This document shows positions 8,286 through 18,431 of a DNA stretch of 64,000 bases, piece by piece. Origin of the DNA: Pseudomonadota bacterium (GTDB lineage Bacteria; Bdellovibrionota_B; Oligoflexia; Oligoflexales; CAIMVM01); the NCBI GenBank assembly GCA_037142195.1, contig JBAXBA010000004.1:1-64000 (forward strand), read 5' to 3'. The notes below the pieces were generated by a model, which ran no database searches, was not told the DNA's origin, and saw only the letters and a list, made by a program, of their open reading frames with translations. The position numbers were made by a program, and so were the translations under genes. How positions within the stretch are numbered: the first letter of the stretch is position 1; each line of letters begins with the position of its first letter.

Positions 8286-10819
8286 CGTTTGACTGCTCCT
8301 ATAGATGTTTGGAGCCATTCCATAAAGGAAGTAAGCTCTTTCTCTACGTCTTGGTCTTGAAGTGTTTTCCCCGGAGCTCTAAATGTTAGGGAGTATGCCA
8401 TTGATTTCTTCCCCTCTGGAATTCCTTCTCCACTAAACACATCAAAAAGCTCAATGGACTCAAGATACTTTTTTCTCTTAAAGGATTGCACCGTGTTGAT
8501 GATGTCGCCATGTGTGGTCGAGGTGTCAACAGTAAATGCCAAATCTCTTAAAGCATGAGGGAACTCAAAAGTCTCGCTTTCTATAACAGCTTTTTCACTT
8601 GCTGTCTTAAAAAGAGCTTCGAGGTCCAGCTCACAAACAACGGGAACTTGAGTGATTTCAAAACCAAATTTGTGAGCAACTTTTGGATGGAGTTCGCCTA
8701 ACCAGCCGAATACGGCAGAGTCCTTCTTTAGGACAGCAGATGCGGTGGGATGTAAAAATGGGAGTTCTTCCGAACTAGGTCGTGTAAAGGTGACATCTTT
8801 GATAGCAAACGCTTTTAAAAGACTGTCAACTATCTGCTTAGCGTCAAAGAAACTTGGAGCCAATTCCTCTTTAGCCCAACTCTTTTTTTGAAAGGGGTAG
8901 TCTATTAGGAAGGTGGCGAGATGTCTTTCCATCGGGCGGCTGGCCTCGCTGAAGGCCCTTGCCGTAAAATGAAGGGGCTGTCGATTGATCCCCCTAAATG
9001 AGGGGAATTTTTCAAAATCTACTTCTTTGTTTGAAAAGTTGTGAAATGCCTTTCCAAATTCAAAAAGTCTAGCTCCCTTTCTTTGAAATCTATGATTTCG
9101 CTCCGTGGCTTTTAGAAGACCAATGAGGCCCGTTGTTTGCATCCACGAATGATCTTGAACAAGAGGGTTAGACAACTCAACGCTTGGGTGAAAAGGATGA
9201 TCATTGGTAATGGCAAGATTTTGGTAATCGATGTGCGATGTGAACGGATAGGTGATAACCTCTGTCATGCCCAGGGAAGCTAATGTTATCTTAGCTTCAT
9301 CCACAAATCGGATAAATGGATTTTCTTTTAAAGGAGCAATTTCCATAACAGGCATGCGATAAGGAATCTTATCAAAAGACTCTAAACGAGCAATTTCTTC
9401 GATGAGATCAATCTCTCTAGTCACATCTACGCGCCACAAGGGAACTTCAAACAAGAGGCGGTCGTCTTTGCGATCCAAAAGTTTGAACTCTAGAGCACTC
9501 AGATGCTTGATACAAGTATCCGCAGTAAGGCTAAATAAACCTAATATTTTTCTTGCTCGATCAAGTCTTAGTGCGATTCGGGGTCTTTTTATGGCCTTTG
9601 GATAGACATCTAAGACGTTTTTAGAAATCAGCGGATGGCGTTTTCCAGTCTGTTTACTGCACAAAATAAAGAGATCCGTAATGCGATCAGCAACGGCAAC
9701 AATATTCTCAATGTCGACGCCTCTTTCAAAGCGATGACTTGCTTCTGTATGAAACGCATTGCGTTTTGCCGTTCGGCGCACACATGTGGGATCAAAGGAA
9801 GCAATTTCAATGATGATATTTTTAGTGTCGTCTTTTACTTCAGAGTTAAGGCCGCCCATAATACCAGCAAGACCTATGGCTCCCTCGGCATCACAGATCA
9901 CAATGTCCGAAGACACTAAATCCACTACTTTCTTGTCGATTGTAGTTAACTTTTCAGCATCTCGCCCCTTGCGAACTAAGATGCTTTTGCCTTTGACTTG
10001 TCTTTCATCATAGGCGTGAATCGGCTGATTCATCTCAAACATGACATAATTGGTGATATCTACGATGAGATTTATAGGGCGCATGCCCGCTGTTTCTAAG
10101 CGTTTTTGGAGCCACCTAGGGGAGGGACCATTTTCAATATCACTGATGTAGAGAGCTGCAAATCTCTCGCAGCCAGAATTGGGATGAAGCTCTACTTTGA
10201 CGGGATTCGCGATTAAGAAAGATTCGGCTATTTTTGCTTCAGACTTGGGGTAAAGGAGCGGTTTGCCGATTTTTGCAGCCAGATCACGCGCAATGCCAAT
10301 AACTCCATTGCAGTCGGATCGGTTAGGGGTCAGACTGATTTCAAAAATCGAATCCCCTGTTTTAATGACCGAATTAATCTTGGAGCCAACGGTATAAGTT
10401 GAGTCTAGCTCCAAAATGCCCTCACTCGCTTCGCTGATTCCGAGTTCCGATTCCGAGCAAAGCATGCCAAAGGACTTTTCGCCGCGAATCTTGGATTCTT
10501 TGATTTTAAAGTTACCAGGTAGCAAAGACCCTATTTGTGCAACCACAACCCTTATGCCAGCTCTAGCATTGGAAGCCCCACAAACAATTTGTAACGGCTC
10601 CGGACCACCTATGGATACGGTGCAGATTTGAAGGGTGTCGGCATTCGGATGGCGATCCGCCTTTAGGATTTCTCCCACCACGAGCAGATCGTCTAGAGGC
10701 GCGATTGTTTTGATCCCCTCGACTTCTAGGCCAAGGCCGGTCAAAATTCTATCGAGGTCTGAGTCTGTTAGGCCATCGAGATTTACATAATCATTAAGCC
10801 AATTTTTAGAAACTAGCAT
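8282..10819 (-). CDS. pheT: Phenylalanine--tRNA ligase beta subunit
   Basis: MLVSKNWL, HPNADTL, LTPNRSDC, FERGVD, DLIEEIAR, C-terminal RDLAF/FDX-ACB domain. Confidence 0.97.
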   Translation of the reverse strand: MLVSKNWLNDYVNLDGLTDSDLDRILTGLGLEVEGIKTIAPLDDLLVVGEILKADRHPNADTLQICTVSIGGPEPLQIVCGASNARAGIRVVVAQIGSLLPGNFKIKESKIRGEKSFGMLCSESELGISEASEGILELDSTYTVGSKINSVIKTGDSIFEISLTPNRSDCNGVIGIARDLAAKIGKPLLYPKSEAKIAESFLIANPVKVELHPNSGCERFAALYISDIENGPSPRWLQKRLETAGMRPINLIVDITNYVMFEMNQPIHAYDERQVKGKSILVRKGRDAEKLTTIDKKVVDLVSSDIVICDAEGAIGLAGIMGGLNSEVKDDTKNIIIEIASFDPTCVRRTAKRNAFHTEASHRFERGVDIENIVAVADRITDLFILCSKQTGKRHPLISKNVLDVYPKAIKRPRIALRLDRARKILGLFSLTADTCIKHLSALEFKLLDRKDDRLLFEVPLWRVDVTREIDLIEEIARLESFDKIPYRMPVMEIAPLKENPFIRFVDEAKITLASLGMTEVITYPFTSHIDYQNLAITNDHPFHPSVELSNPLVQDHSWMQTTGLIGLLKATERNHRFQRKGARLFEFGKAFHNFSNKEVDFEKFPSFRGINRQPLHFTARAFSEASRPMERHLATFLIDYPFQKKSWAKEELAPSFFDAKQIVDSLLKAFAIKDVTFTRPSSEELPFLHPTASAVLKKDSAVFGWLGELHPKVAHKFGFEITQVPVVCELDLEALFKTASEKAVIESETFEFPHALRDLAFTVDTSTTHGDIINTVQSFKRKKYLESIELFDVFSGEGIPEGKKSMAYSLTFRAPGKTLQDQDVEKELTSFMEWLQTSIGAVKR

Positions 10820-11883
10820 GGTGCACCCTCCGCAAAAACACTAAATTGACTTTGAAAGTCAGCGTCACCCTCAAAAAGTTGCCTGAGGTCGGGCAGTTGC
10901 CAATTTAGCATGGCCATTCGATCAAGACCAAATCCAAATGCAAATCCGGTATATTCTTCGCTATCATAGGAAACAGCTTCAAATACATTGGGATGTACCA
11001 TACCGCAGCCGCCTATTTCTAGCCAACCGGTGTTTTTACAAATCTTACACCCCTCTCCCTGGCAGTGGGTGCACTGCATATCCACTTCTGCCCCTGGCTC
11101 CACAAATGGAAAATAGCTAGGGCGAAAGCGCGTCTTAGCAGAGGCCCCATAAATGGAGTGAAGCATAGACTGAATCATTCCCTTGAGGTCAGCAAAAGAA
11201 ATCTTTTTGTCGACAACGAGACCTTCAATTTGGTGGAAAATGGGTGTGTGAGTTTGGTCGGAATCTACACGGTAAACTCGCCCCGGAGCCACAATGCGCA
11301 AAGGGGGTTTTTCTTGCAGCATGGCGTGAATTTGAATATTTGAGGTCTGAGTTCTTAGGACCATAATGTCTTGGTTTGTTTTTAGGTGAAAGGTGTCTTG
11401 CATATCACGAGCAGGGTGGTCCGCAGGCAAATTCAGTGCCGTAAAGTTATAGAAGTCAAAATCAGTTTCTGGTCCATCATAGACTGTAAATCCATGTTGA
11501 CGAAACTCTTTGAGAAGTTTTTGCTGCATGAGTGTTATGGGGTGAAGAGCGCCTTTAAGAGTGTCTTTTTGACTGGGCAGGGTAATGTCAAGAGGTGCTC
11601 TATTCAGTATGGAATGGAATACGGAGTCGGCTGCTTTTGACTTTAGAACTTCAAGGGAAGCTTCAATAGAAGTCTTTAAAACATTCATGGACTTTCCGGC
11701 ATCACGCTTTTCTTCATTAGGAACATGGCGCATATCTTCAAAGAGTCTTGTTACAATACCCTTTTTGCCTAACCAATGAATTCTAAGCTCTTCAACCGTC
11801 TCAGGAGTGACTTTTTCCATTGAAGTCGCATTTTGTTCGAATTCTATCAGCAGAGCGTTGGCTCGTTCCATTATAGTCGTCAC
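10813..11883 (-). CDS. pheS: Phenylalanine--tRNA ligase alpha subunit
   Basis: HPARDMQDTF, LRTQTS, FHQIEG, RFRPSYFPFVEP, GFAFGFGLDR. Confidence 0.97.
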   Translation of the reverse strand: MTTIMERANALLIEFEQNATSMEKVTPETVEELRIHWLGKKGIVTRLFEDMRHVPNEEKRDAGKSMNVLKTSIEASLEVLKSKAADSVFHSILNRAPLDITLPSQKDTLKGALHPITLMQQKLLKEFRQHGFTVYDGPETDFDFYNFTALNLPADHPARDMQDTFHLKTNQDIMVLRTQTSNIQIHAMLQEKPPLRIVAPGRVYRVDSDQTHTPIFHQIEGLVVDKKISFADLKGMIQSMLHSIYGASAKTRFRPSYFPFVEPGAEVDMQCTHCQGEGCKICKNTGWLEIGGCGMVHPNVFEAVSYDSEEYTGFAFGFGLDRMAMLNWQLPDLRQLFEGDADFQSQFSVFAEGAPC

Positions 11884-11929
11884 TTAAAATTCCTTTAGTT
11901 TGTATTCAAATATGTAACTTAAAACTCAA

Positions 11930-13120
11930 TTAACGTAGAGATTTTATCGCTTGATCGAGTCTTGATAATCCTTCTGTTAGGTCTGAAACGGAGGTCGCAT
12001 AGCTAAATCTTAAAAACCCAGGTGCTTCAAAGGCCTCTCCTGGCACACATGCCACTTGATACTCATTTAAGAGATGCTCACTAAACTTTAGGGATGTGTC
12101 GAGGGTTTTTGACTTCTGGAGCGCTTTCCTAACGTCCACAAATAAGTAGAAGGCTCCTTGCGGCTTGATAGCTTTCACATTCTCTATTTTAGCTAAAAGC
12201 TCCATGGCTATATCTCTTCGCTTTGCCAGGCTGTCGATTTCTTTTTGCATCAAATCATGGCCTTGATCGAGGGCCCAAGCAGCAGCTTTTTCAATAAATG
12301 GGGGAATACAGGTTGAAGACTGTGACTGCAAATTTCTTACTAAGTCGATGATCTTTTTCGGTCCGGCTGCGTACCCGACGCGCCATCCGGTCATCGCATA
12401 TCCTTTCGCCATGCCAGAGATGTGGATCGACTTTTCTTTGAGCTCTGGGACTAGCTTGATAATGGATTCATGGGGGTGATCAAAGGAAAGGTATTCATAA
12501 ATTTCATCGGAAATAACCCACCAATTTTTTGTCTTTAAATAGGAACCCAATTTAAGAAGTTCAGTTCTATCCAGCGCATAGCCGGAGGGATTATTGGGCG
12601 AGCATAAAACAAACGCCTTGGTTTTCGCAGTTACATACTTTTCGATAGTATCAGGGTTTACCATGGGGCCCGCTTCAGGAACGGGAACAACAACCGGAAC
12701 GGCTCCAGCTGCTTTGACATGGTCCATATAGCTCACCCAACAGGGTGCTGTGAGAATGACTTCGTCTCCCTCATTAAGGAGTGAAAGAAACAGGTGAAAC
12801 AGTATTTCTTTGGCTCCCATGCCACATACGATTTCATCTGGTTTGTATTCTAAGTTATTTTCTCGAGCTAATTTAGAGGCAATCGCTTTGCGCAAGGGAA
12901 GTCCGCCGCCAGAGGGGCCATAACGTGTATCTCCTGCTTCTAAAGCTTCGACAGCTTTTTTTACGATTTCTTTATGGGTAGGAAAATCTGGTTCCCCGAC
13001 GGCAAAATTGAAGACTTTAATTCCTTCAGCTTTAAGTTGGTTGGCTTTGGCATTCAGCGCCAATGTAGGTGAAGGCTTTAAGGAGCTAATTCTTTTTGAA
13101 AAATTGAACATTTCTGACAT
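11930..13120 (-). CDS. Class I/II PLP-dependent (aspartate) aminotransferase
   Basis: GEPDF, SPNNPSG, SDEIY, AKGYAMTGWRVGY, GFLRFSYA. Confidence 0.92.
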   Translation of the reverse strand: MSEMFNFSKRISSLKPSPTLALNAKANQLKAEGIKVFNFAVGEPDFPTHKEIVKKAVEALEAGDTRYGPSGGGLPLRKAIASKLARENNLEYKPDEIVCGMGAKEILFHLFLSLLNEGDEVILTAPCWVSYMDHVKAAGAVPVVVPVPEAGPMVNPDTIEKYVTAKTKAFVLCSPNNPSGYALDRTELLKLGSYLKTKNWWVISDEIYEYLSFDHPHESIIKLVPELKEKSIHISGMAKGYAMTGWRVGYAAGPKKIIDLVRNLQSQSSTCIPPFIEKAAAWALDQGHDLMQKEIDSLAKRRDIAMELLAKIENVKAIKPQGAFYLFVDVRKALQKSKTLDTSLKFSEHLLNEYQVACVPGEAFEAPGFLRFSYATSVSDLTEGLSRLDQAIKSLR

Positions 13121-13371
13121 CAATGTCCCCCGACTGGATGTTTTGAATCATTTTTGTGCCGCATAATGAGAATTTAAAAAAGGTTTTTTTCTGATTTCTT
13201 GGGTTTCGCGACGCTGGATACCCGCCGACTGTGCCAAAAGGCTTTCTGTTTCAGCTTTATGAGCTTTAGGAGTCTTAAGTGCACAAAAAAGACTCACCGC
13301 AGTCTTCCAGGATAGAGTATTTGAAAAGAGGTCTTCCGAGTGATGATTGTTTAGACCTTGTCTTTAGAGGC

Positions 13372-13407
13372 GGGCTTTCAGTTTTTTGGGCTTTCAGTTT
13401 TTTGGGC
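13372..13407. repeat. 16-bp tandem duplication GGGCTTTCAGTTTTTT x2
   Basis: Copies at 13372-13387 and 13388-13403, plus a partial GGGC. Confidence 0.85.
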
Positions 13408-13632
13408 ATCAGGAGTTGAGGTTCATGCCGTGTCTGTCTGCGAAGTAAGTTCGATCTGAAAACTATAGAAAAATGCGGTCGTTGCTGTCGCATTGCAAAC
13501 GGGATTGGCTCCAGTCTTTCAAGTTTATGGTGGGAGTTCCGCTTGCTGAGAGCTGTTGGGGTTTTAAATCCAAGTTAAGAAGGGCAAAGATTTTTAGCAG
13601 TTTTTTTCAAGGTATGAAGCAGGTACATAAGG

Positions 13633-13814
13633 TGCAGGTAAGCTCAAATTTAGTGCTGCGTTAGCGGTAGAACCCACCTTGTTAGGTGGGCACCACACCT
13701 TCGATTTAGGCTTCCTCCTACGCATTCGGGAGGCATGCACACCACGAAGAGATTAGGTTCCCTTAAATTAATTGTCGGTTCTCCGAACAACAACACCAAA
13801 AAAGCTTACCTGCA
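13633..13814 (-). ncRNA. ssrS: 6S RNA
   Basis: 182 nt closed by a perfect 12-bp terminal stem (TGCAGGTAAGCT / AGCTTACCTGCA). Minus strand carries the 6S-like motifs AAGGGAACCTAA and GGTGCCCACCT...GGTGGGTTC. Extended -10 TGCTACAAT lies about 6 nt upstream. Confidence 0.8.
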
Positions 13815-13872
13815 AGGAGTATTGTAGCACGAAGAATCTGAGCATGCTACGCTGAAGTCTGAGGAGACCTTC

Positions 13873-14724
13873 ATGTCGGAAAAAATAGTGTATGTGGTGG
13901 CAACACCCATTGGTAATATTGAAGATATTTCCCAAAGGGCGCGGAGGATTTTAGAGTCCGTTGATATCATTGCGGCTGAAGATACGCGGCATACTTTAAA
14001 GTTGCTTCATTTAGCGAAGATATCTCCAAAAAAGTTAGTGAGTTATCATGATCATAACGAAGAATTTCGGTCCGAGGAACTTGTTGAGCGAATTTTAAAA
14101 GAAAACTTAAGCGTCGCTCTCGTGAGCGATGCAGGGACACCCTGCATTTCAGATCCAGGTTACCGCTTTGTCGCATTGGCAAGACAAAAGGGAATCAAGG
14201 TATCCCCCATAGCTGGACCTTCAGCAGCGGTAGCCCTGGCTTCGGTGGCGGGATTGCCGGTGAATCGATTTCTATTTATGGGTTTTTTGCCAACTCGCGA
14301 AAGCCAGCGTGAGAAAGAAATTAGGGGATGGCATGAGTCTTTGGGGTCGGTCATTTTTTATGACTCCCCGCGGAGATTGCTTTCCACTTTAGGGATCATT
14401 CATAGGATATGGCCTGACAGCATTTTGGCGGTTGGCCGCGAGTTAACGAAGTTTCATGAAGAAGTCATTCAAGGTAATATTTCAGAAGTATTGGCATGGG
14501 CTCAAGGAAAGCCGGAAATCTTAGGCGAAATCGTGGTGATGATCTCTGGCTTTCAGTCATCTGAATCCGATGCAGAAACTCAGTTGAGCAAAGTCGAAGC
14601 CCAGGCGCGCGAGGGTTTCCTTGCCGGAAAGTCCTTGAAGCTTTTACAAAAAGAGCTGGGCCAGTCGGGACTAGATAGAAATCGATTATATGAACTGCTG
14701 TTAAAAGTTAAAAAAGAGGTCTAA
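13873..14724 (+). CDS. rsmI: 16S rRNA C1402 2'-O-methyltransferase
   Basis: YVVATPIGNIED, AAEDTR, LVSDAGTPCISDPG, RELTKFHEE. Confidence 0.96.
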   Translation: MSEKIVYVVATPIGNIEDISQRARRILESVDIIAAEDTRHTLKLLHLAKISPKKLVSYHDHNEEFRSEELVERILKENLSVALVSDAGTPCISDPGYRFVALARQKGIKVSPIAGPSAAVALASVAGLPVNRFLFMGFLPTRESQREKEIRGWHESLGSVIFYDSPRRLLSTLGIIHRIWPDSILAVGRELTKFHEEVIQGNISEVLAWAQGKPEILGEIVVMISGFQSSESDAETQLSKVEAQAREGFLAGKSLKLLQKELGQSGLDRNRLYELLLKVKKEV

Positions 14725-14726
14725 GG

Positions 14727-15296
14727 GTGTCGCAGACTTGGTTGATGGTTCTCACTTTTGTTCCCCTTGTGAGCTATGTTGTCGTGGATTTCTATTCTGG
14801 ATTAAAGTCGGGAGTCCTTGCGGCGATTGCTACGGCAGCAGTAACCGCCGTAGCTTTTTGGTGGCTTCTAGGAGAGCTGGACTGGGAGTCCGTTTTTATC
14901 GTAGGAGTCATGGCGATTTCTGGTGTGATTTCTATAAAGAAAAACAATCCTATTTTTTTTAAATTGCAGCCGGTTATTACGGGTGGGGCTGTGGTTCTCT
15001 ATCTTTCTTGGTATCAGTTTTGGGATGTGCCTTTTATAATAAAAGCACTTCCTAAACTGATGCCGCTTCTGCCTGAATACCAAACTGAAATCTATAGCAG
15101 CCCAAGTGGAAATCAGCTGCTTATCGATTTGAATCTTTATATTATAATTTGCTATTTCCTACACACTTGCGTCCTAGCCTGGGCTGCAGTGAAATCTAGC
15201 AATAAGATTTGGATCTTGATCAAGGGGTTGGGGATACCCTTTGTGATGTTTGGTACTATTTTGGGTTTCTTTATACGTTCCGTAATTAATTCCTAA
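14727..15296 (+). CDS. YciB/IspZ-like inner-membrane protein
   Basis: Five hydrophobic segments; NNPIFFKLQPVI resembles the YciB F.K.KP motif. Confidence 0.65.
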   Translation: MSQTWLMVLTFVPLVSYVVVDFYSGLKSGVLAAIATAAVTAVAFWWLLGELDWESVFIVGVMAISGVISIKKNNPIFFKLQPVITGGAVVLYLSWYQFWDVPFIIKALPKLMPLLPEYQTEIYSSPSGNQLLIDLNLYIIICYFLHTCVLAWAAVKSSNKIWILIKGLGIPFVMFGTILGFFIRSVINS

Positions 15297-15589
15297 ATGC
15301 TGCGCTCACTACCCGGAAAAAATGAACTTTCTTTGGATTTGTATTGAGGAAGTTTTAAGAGTGGTTTGCAAATCTGAGGCATTCATCAAGGAGATGTCTA
15401 TTAAAATCGGCGCTTTTAAGATTTTCTCATTTGCGGGTAATGTTTTAAGCTTGAATGGAGAGCGGTTTAAGTGGTTATTTTAAGAAGAGAATAGGGCCAG
15501 TTTTTGGAAAAATCATAATTTTCTTTTGCCTTAAACCTTAGCAATATTCTGTATATAGAGTATAATTCATTTATGCTGATTTAAGGAAA

Positions 15590-16624
15590 GTGGAAATGAA
15601 ACAACTGGACCCTGTCCATTCCATTCGCAATGCGTTTCATAGAGAATTCTGGCGCCATTGGTGTGTAGCTCTGCCTCATTGGATCGATCTTGATGTGGCT
15701 ATGCCACTGCCTACAATTATAGCGGTAGGTGGTGGGAAAGGTGGAGTTGGCAAAAGCGTCATTAGTGCCAATTTAGCCGGCAAAATGGCGAGAAACTCAA
15801 AAGTTTTAGCCGTGGATTTAGACATTGGGGGTGCAAATCTTCATACCTATTTTGGGATTAAGACGCCTAAGCTCACAAGCAGTGATCTTCTTCTGGGCAG
15901 CCGTGTAGATTTTAGTGACATCTCGGTTCCGAGCGGCATTCCTAATTTGGATATCGTTTGTGCGGGCCAAGACTTTGGTTTAGATAGACTCAATAGCAGG
16001 TCATCAGGGCTCAATCAGATTTGGGCTGGGATTTTAGAAGCCAAATCTAAATTTGGCTATGATTATGTAATTCTGGATTTGGGCGCAGGTACAGCCTCTC
16101 ATACCATTGACTTCTTTTTATCGGCTCATGTGGGCATTATGTCTGTTCTTCCTGAGCCCACGTCCATTGAAAATGCCTACTCATTTCTTAGGGCCTTACT
16201 GTGGCGGATGATTCAAAATGTAGGGGCAAGAATGGGTGAAGAAGATCTCGCCCATTCGTTTGCGGAAAGAATTTTTAATGGGGAAGGGCATGGGGGATAT
16301 GCTCAGGCCCTATTAAAAATGAAAGAAGAATCCCCGCGTCTTGTTAATGGTATTTTGGCAGGCCTTTCTGGTAGGCGCCTCGGATTTGTTGCCAATCAGA
16401 TTAGAGGTCAATCAGATATTGAGATTGCACAATCTATGGCCTCGATTTCAAAAGATTTCTTCGGTTTCAACACGCTGTCCCTTGGCTACTTGAATTATGA
16501 TGATAGTGCCTGGAAAGCTCTCAGAAATCGCAGATTGCTGATTCAGGATTTCCCCCATTGTCTTTTCTCAAGACGTCTAGATGAAGTTTTGATACGGTTG
16601 CAAAATGCGGTTAGGATGTCCTAA
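15590..16624 (+). CDS. MinD/FlhG-like P-loop ATPase
   Basis: IAVGGGKGGVGKS (deviant Walker A), VDLDIGGANLH, ILDLGAG, PEPTSIENAY. True start may be ATG 15701. Confidence 0.88.
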   Translation: MEMKQLDPVHSIRNAFHREFWRHWCVALPHWIDLDVAMPLPTIIAVGGGKGGVGKSVISANLAGKMARNSKVLAVDLDIGGANLHTYFGIKTPKLTSSDLLLGSRVDFSDISVPSGIPNLDIVCAGQDFGLDRLNSRSSGLNQIWAGILEAKSKFGYDYVILDLGAGTASHTIDFFLSAHVGIMSVLPEPTSIENAYSFLRALLWRMIQNVGARMGEEDLAHSFAERIFNGEGHGGYAQALLKMKEESPRLVNGILAGLSGRRLGFVANQIRGQSDIEIAQSMASISKDFFGFNTLSLGYLNYDDSAWKALRNRRLLIQDFPHCLFSRRLDEVLIRLQNAVRMS

Positions 16625-16645
16625 CATTGATAGAGGAGCATATTG

Positions 16646-17386
16646 ATGAAGTTTGAACAAAACGGCAACAGCCCCGACGAGTCTTCTGACAATTTTGCTT
16701 CTTTCGATCTTTCAAAGGTTCGTGGAAGTTATTATGATATGCTTGGTGTACTTCCCACAAGTACGAGCCTTCAAGTTCGCGAAGCCTACTTTCGATTGAA
16801 AGCAACTTATACAGATTCTAATCAAGCTATTTATAGTTTAATGACGGGCTCTGATTTGGCTGAAAAAATAAAAGCTATTGAAGAGGCTTTTGATGTACTA
16901 AGAGACGTAGACTCAAGGTCGCGTTACAATGAAAATATCGGAATTACAGAACGGGCGGGTGCATCGCGCACAGACATTTTGATAGAAAATATTTCTTTCC
17001 CGCCAGTCGATGAAGGCATGCGAAAGTCCACTCGGCCGGTAAAGGATCAAAAAATACGCCTCGTGGCTGGCCAAATACATCGAGATTCCAGCTTGGCAGT
17101 GCGTATTAGAAGTATATTTGAGGCAGCAGAAACTCCTTCAGGAAGCACATTAAAGGCTATGAGGGAGGCGGCCTTTGTCACTTTTGAGGAAATCGAATCC
17201 AATACGAAGGTGGGACAAGATAAAATATTGTTGATTGAAAACGATGATTTTGTAAAGATGCCAGCTGCTGTTTATATAAAAGGCTTTTTAAAAAGCATTT
17301 TGTCTTTTTACGGCATAGCTGATTCCAAGGCTTTCATTGAAGGCTATACCTTGAGAGTAGAGTCTTGTCACAAGAAAACGAAGTAG
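16646..17386 (+). CDS. J-domain-like plus RodZ-type HTH protein
   Basis: YYDMLGV..VREAY..IEEAFDVLRD..RSRY (no HPD). C-terminal LKAMREAA..IESNTKV..IENDDF..PAAVYIKGFLK HTH. Confidence 0.75.
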   Translation: MKFEQNGNSPDESSDNFASFDLSKVRGSYYDMLGVLPTSTSLQVREAYFRLKATYTDSNQAIYSLMTGSDLAEKIKAIEEAFDVLRDVDSRSRYNENIGITERAGASRTDILIENISFPPVDEGMRKSTRPVKDQKIRLVAGQIHRDSSLAVRIRSIFEAAETPSGSTLKAMREAAFVTFEEIESNTKVGQDKILLIENDDFVKMPAAVYIKGFLKSILSFYGIADSKAFIEGYTLRVESCHKKTK

Positions 17387-18345
17387 AATTTTTTGTCGAA
17401 GAAGCGGGGGAGCGTCTTGATCGTTGGCTAGCTTTCAAACTGCTAGAGACAAGTCGATCGCGCATACAAAAGCTGATTGATTCAAAAATGATTGCGGTAA
17501 ATGGCTCAGACGCGGCGTCAAATTATCGCGTTCGAGTCGGGGATCAAATCAATGTTTCTTTAGTTCCTGATGACCGTCTGGAGCTTACGCCTCAGCCCAT
17601 AAATCTTGAAATCCTTTATGAGGATGATGATCTTTTAGTAGTAAATAAGGAAGCTGGGCTAACGGTTCATCCTGGAGCAGGAACCTATGGAACTCCTACC
17701 TTGGTGGAAGGAATTCTCTATTACTTGAAGCAAACTCCCGATCCGGGTAACTTGCGTCCCGGAATTGTCCATCGTTTAGACAAAGACACTTCAGGGGCTC
17801 TGGTAATAAGCAAGAATGAATACGTCCATCAGCGACTCAGCTTGCAGTTTGCTGAGAAAACAAATCATCGAGAGTATGCCGCTTTATTAGTTGGGGTATT
17901 GCCACAAAATGAACTTACAGTAGAAAGCTATTTGAGTCGAGATCCTCACAATCGATTGAAATTTGTTTCCCATCCCACGGATCCTGGGGGATCTGCTCGG
18001 TGGGCTAAGTCCATATTTAAAGAACAAGTTCGATTTGCACACAGAATGTCCTTAGCATCGGTAACTCTTCATACCGGACGTACTCATCAAATCAGGGTTC
18101 ATGCAAAAGTTCTAAATGCTTCTGTTTTAGGCGACCAGCTTTATGGGCATAAGGTGGATTTTGGTGGACATATGTCAAAAGAGGTCCAAGCCGCCTTAAA
18201 CAAAGCGTCTAGGCAAATGCTTCATGCTCGACTTTTAGGCTTTATTCATCCTAGAACAAGGGCCGAGATGATGTTTGAGGCGCCGGTCCCTGAAGATTTC
18301 AAAATATTACTAAATCTACTTAAACCTTATGCTTTTTCAGACTAA
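17365..18345 (+). CDS. rluD: RluA/RluD family pseudouridine synthase
   Basis: S4 domain (RLDRWL..SRSRIQK), VNKEAGLTVHP, HRLDKDTSG, TGRTHQIRVH, QMLHA. Confidence 0.93.
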   Translation: MSQENEVEFFVEEAGERLDRWLAFKLLETSRSRIQKLIDSKMIAVNGSDAASNYRVRVGDQINVSLVPDDRLELTPQPINLEILYEDDDLLVVNKEAGLTVHPGAGTYGTPTLVEGILYYLKQTPDPGNLRPGIVHRLDKDTSGALVISKNEYVHQRLSLQFAEKTNHREYAALLVGVLPQNELTVESYLSRDPHNRLKFVSHPTDPGGSARWAKSIFKEQVRFAHRMSLASVTLHTGRTHQIRVHAKVLNASVLGDQLYGHKVDFGGHMSKEVQAALNKASRQMLHARLLGFIHPRTRAEMMFEAPVPEDFKILLNLLKPYAFSD

Positions 18346-18431
18346 ATTTCCGGAGATATTTTCAGAATTTAATTTTTGAAATATAATAGAGAGCAGGCTA
18401 TTGTATTCTATAGATATTTAAGGATTCCTAT

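Noticed and set aside
13275..13664. Short ORFs 13275-13493 (-) and 13473-13664 (+)
   Set aside because: No clear RBS or recognisable motif; one overlaps the 6S RNA.
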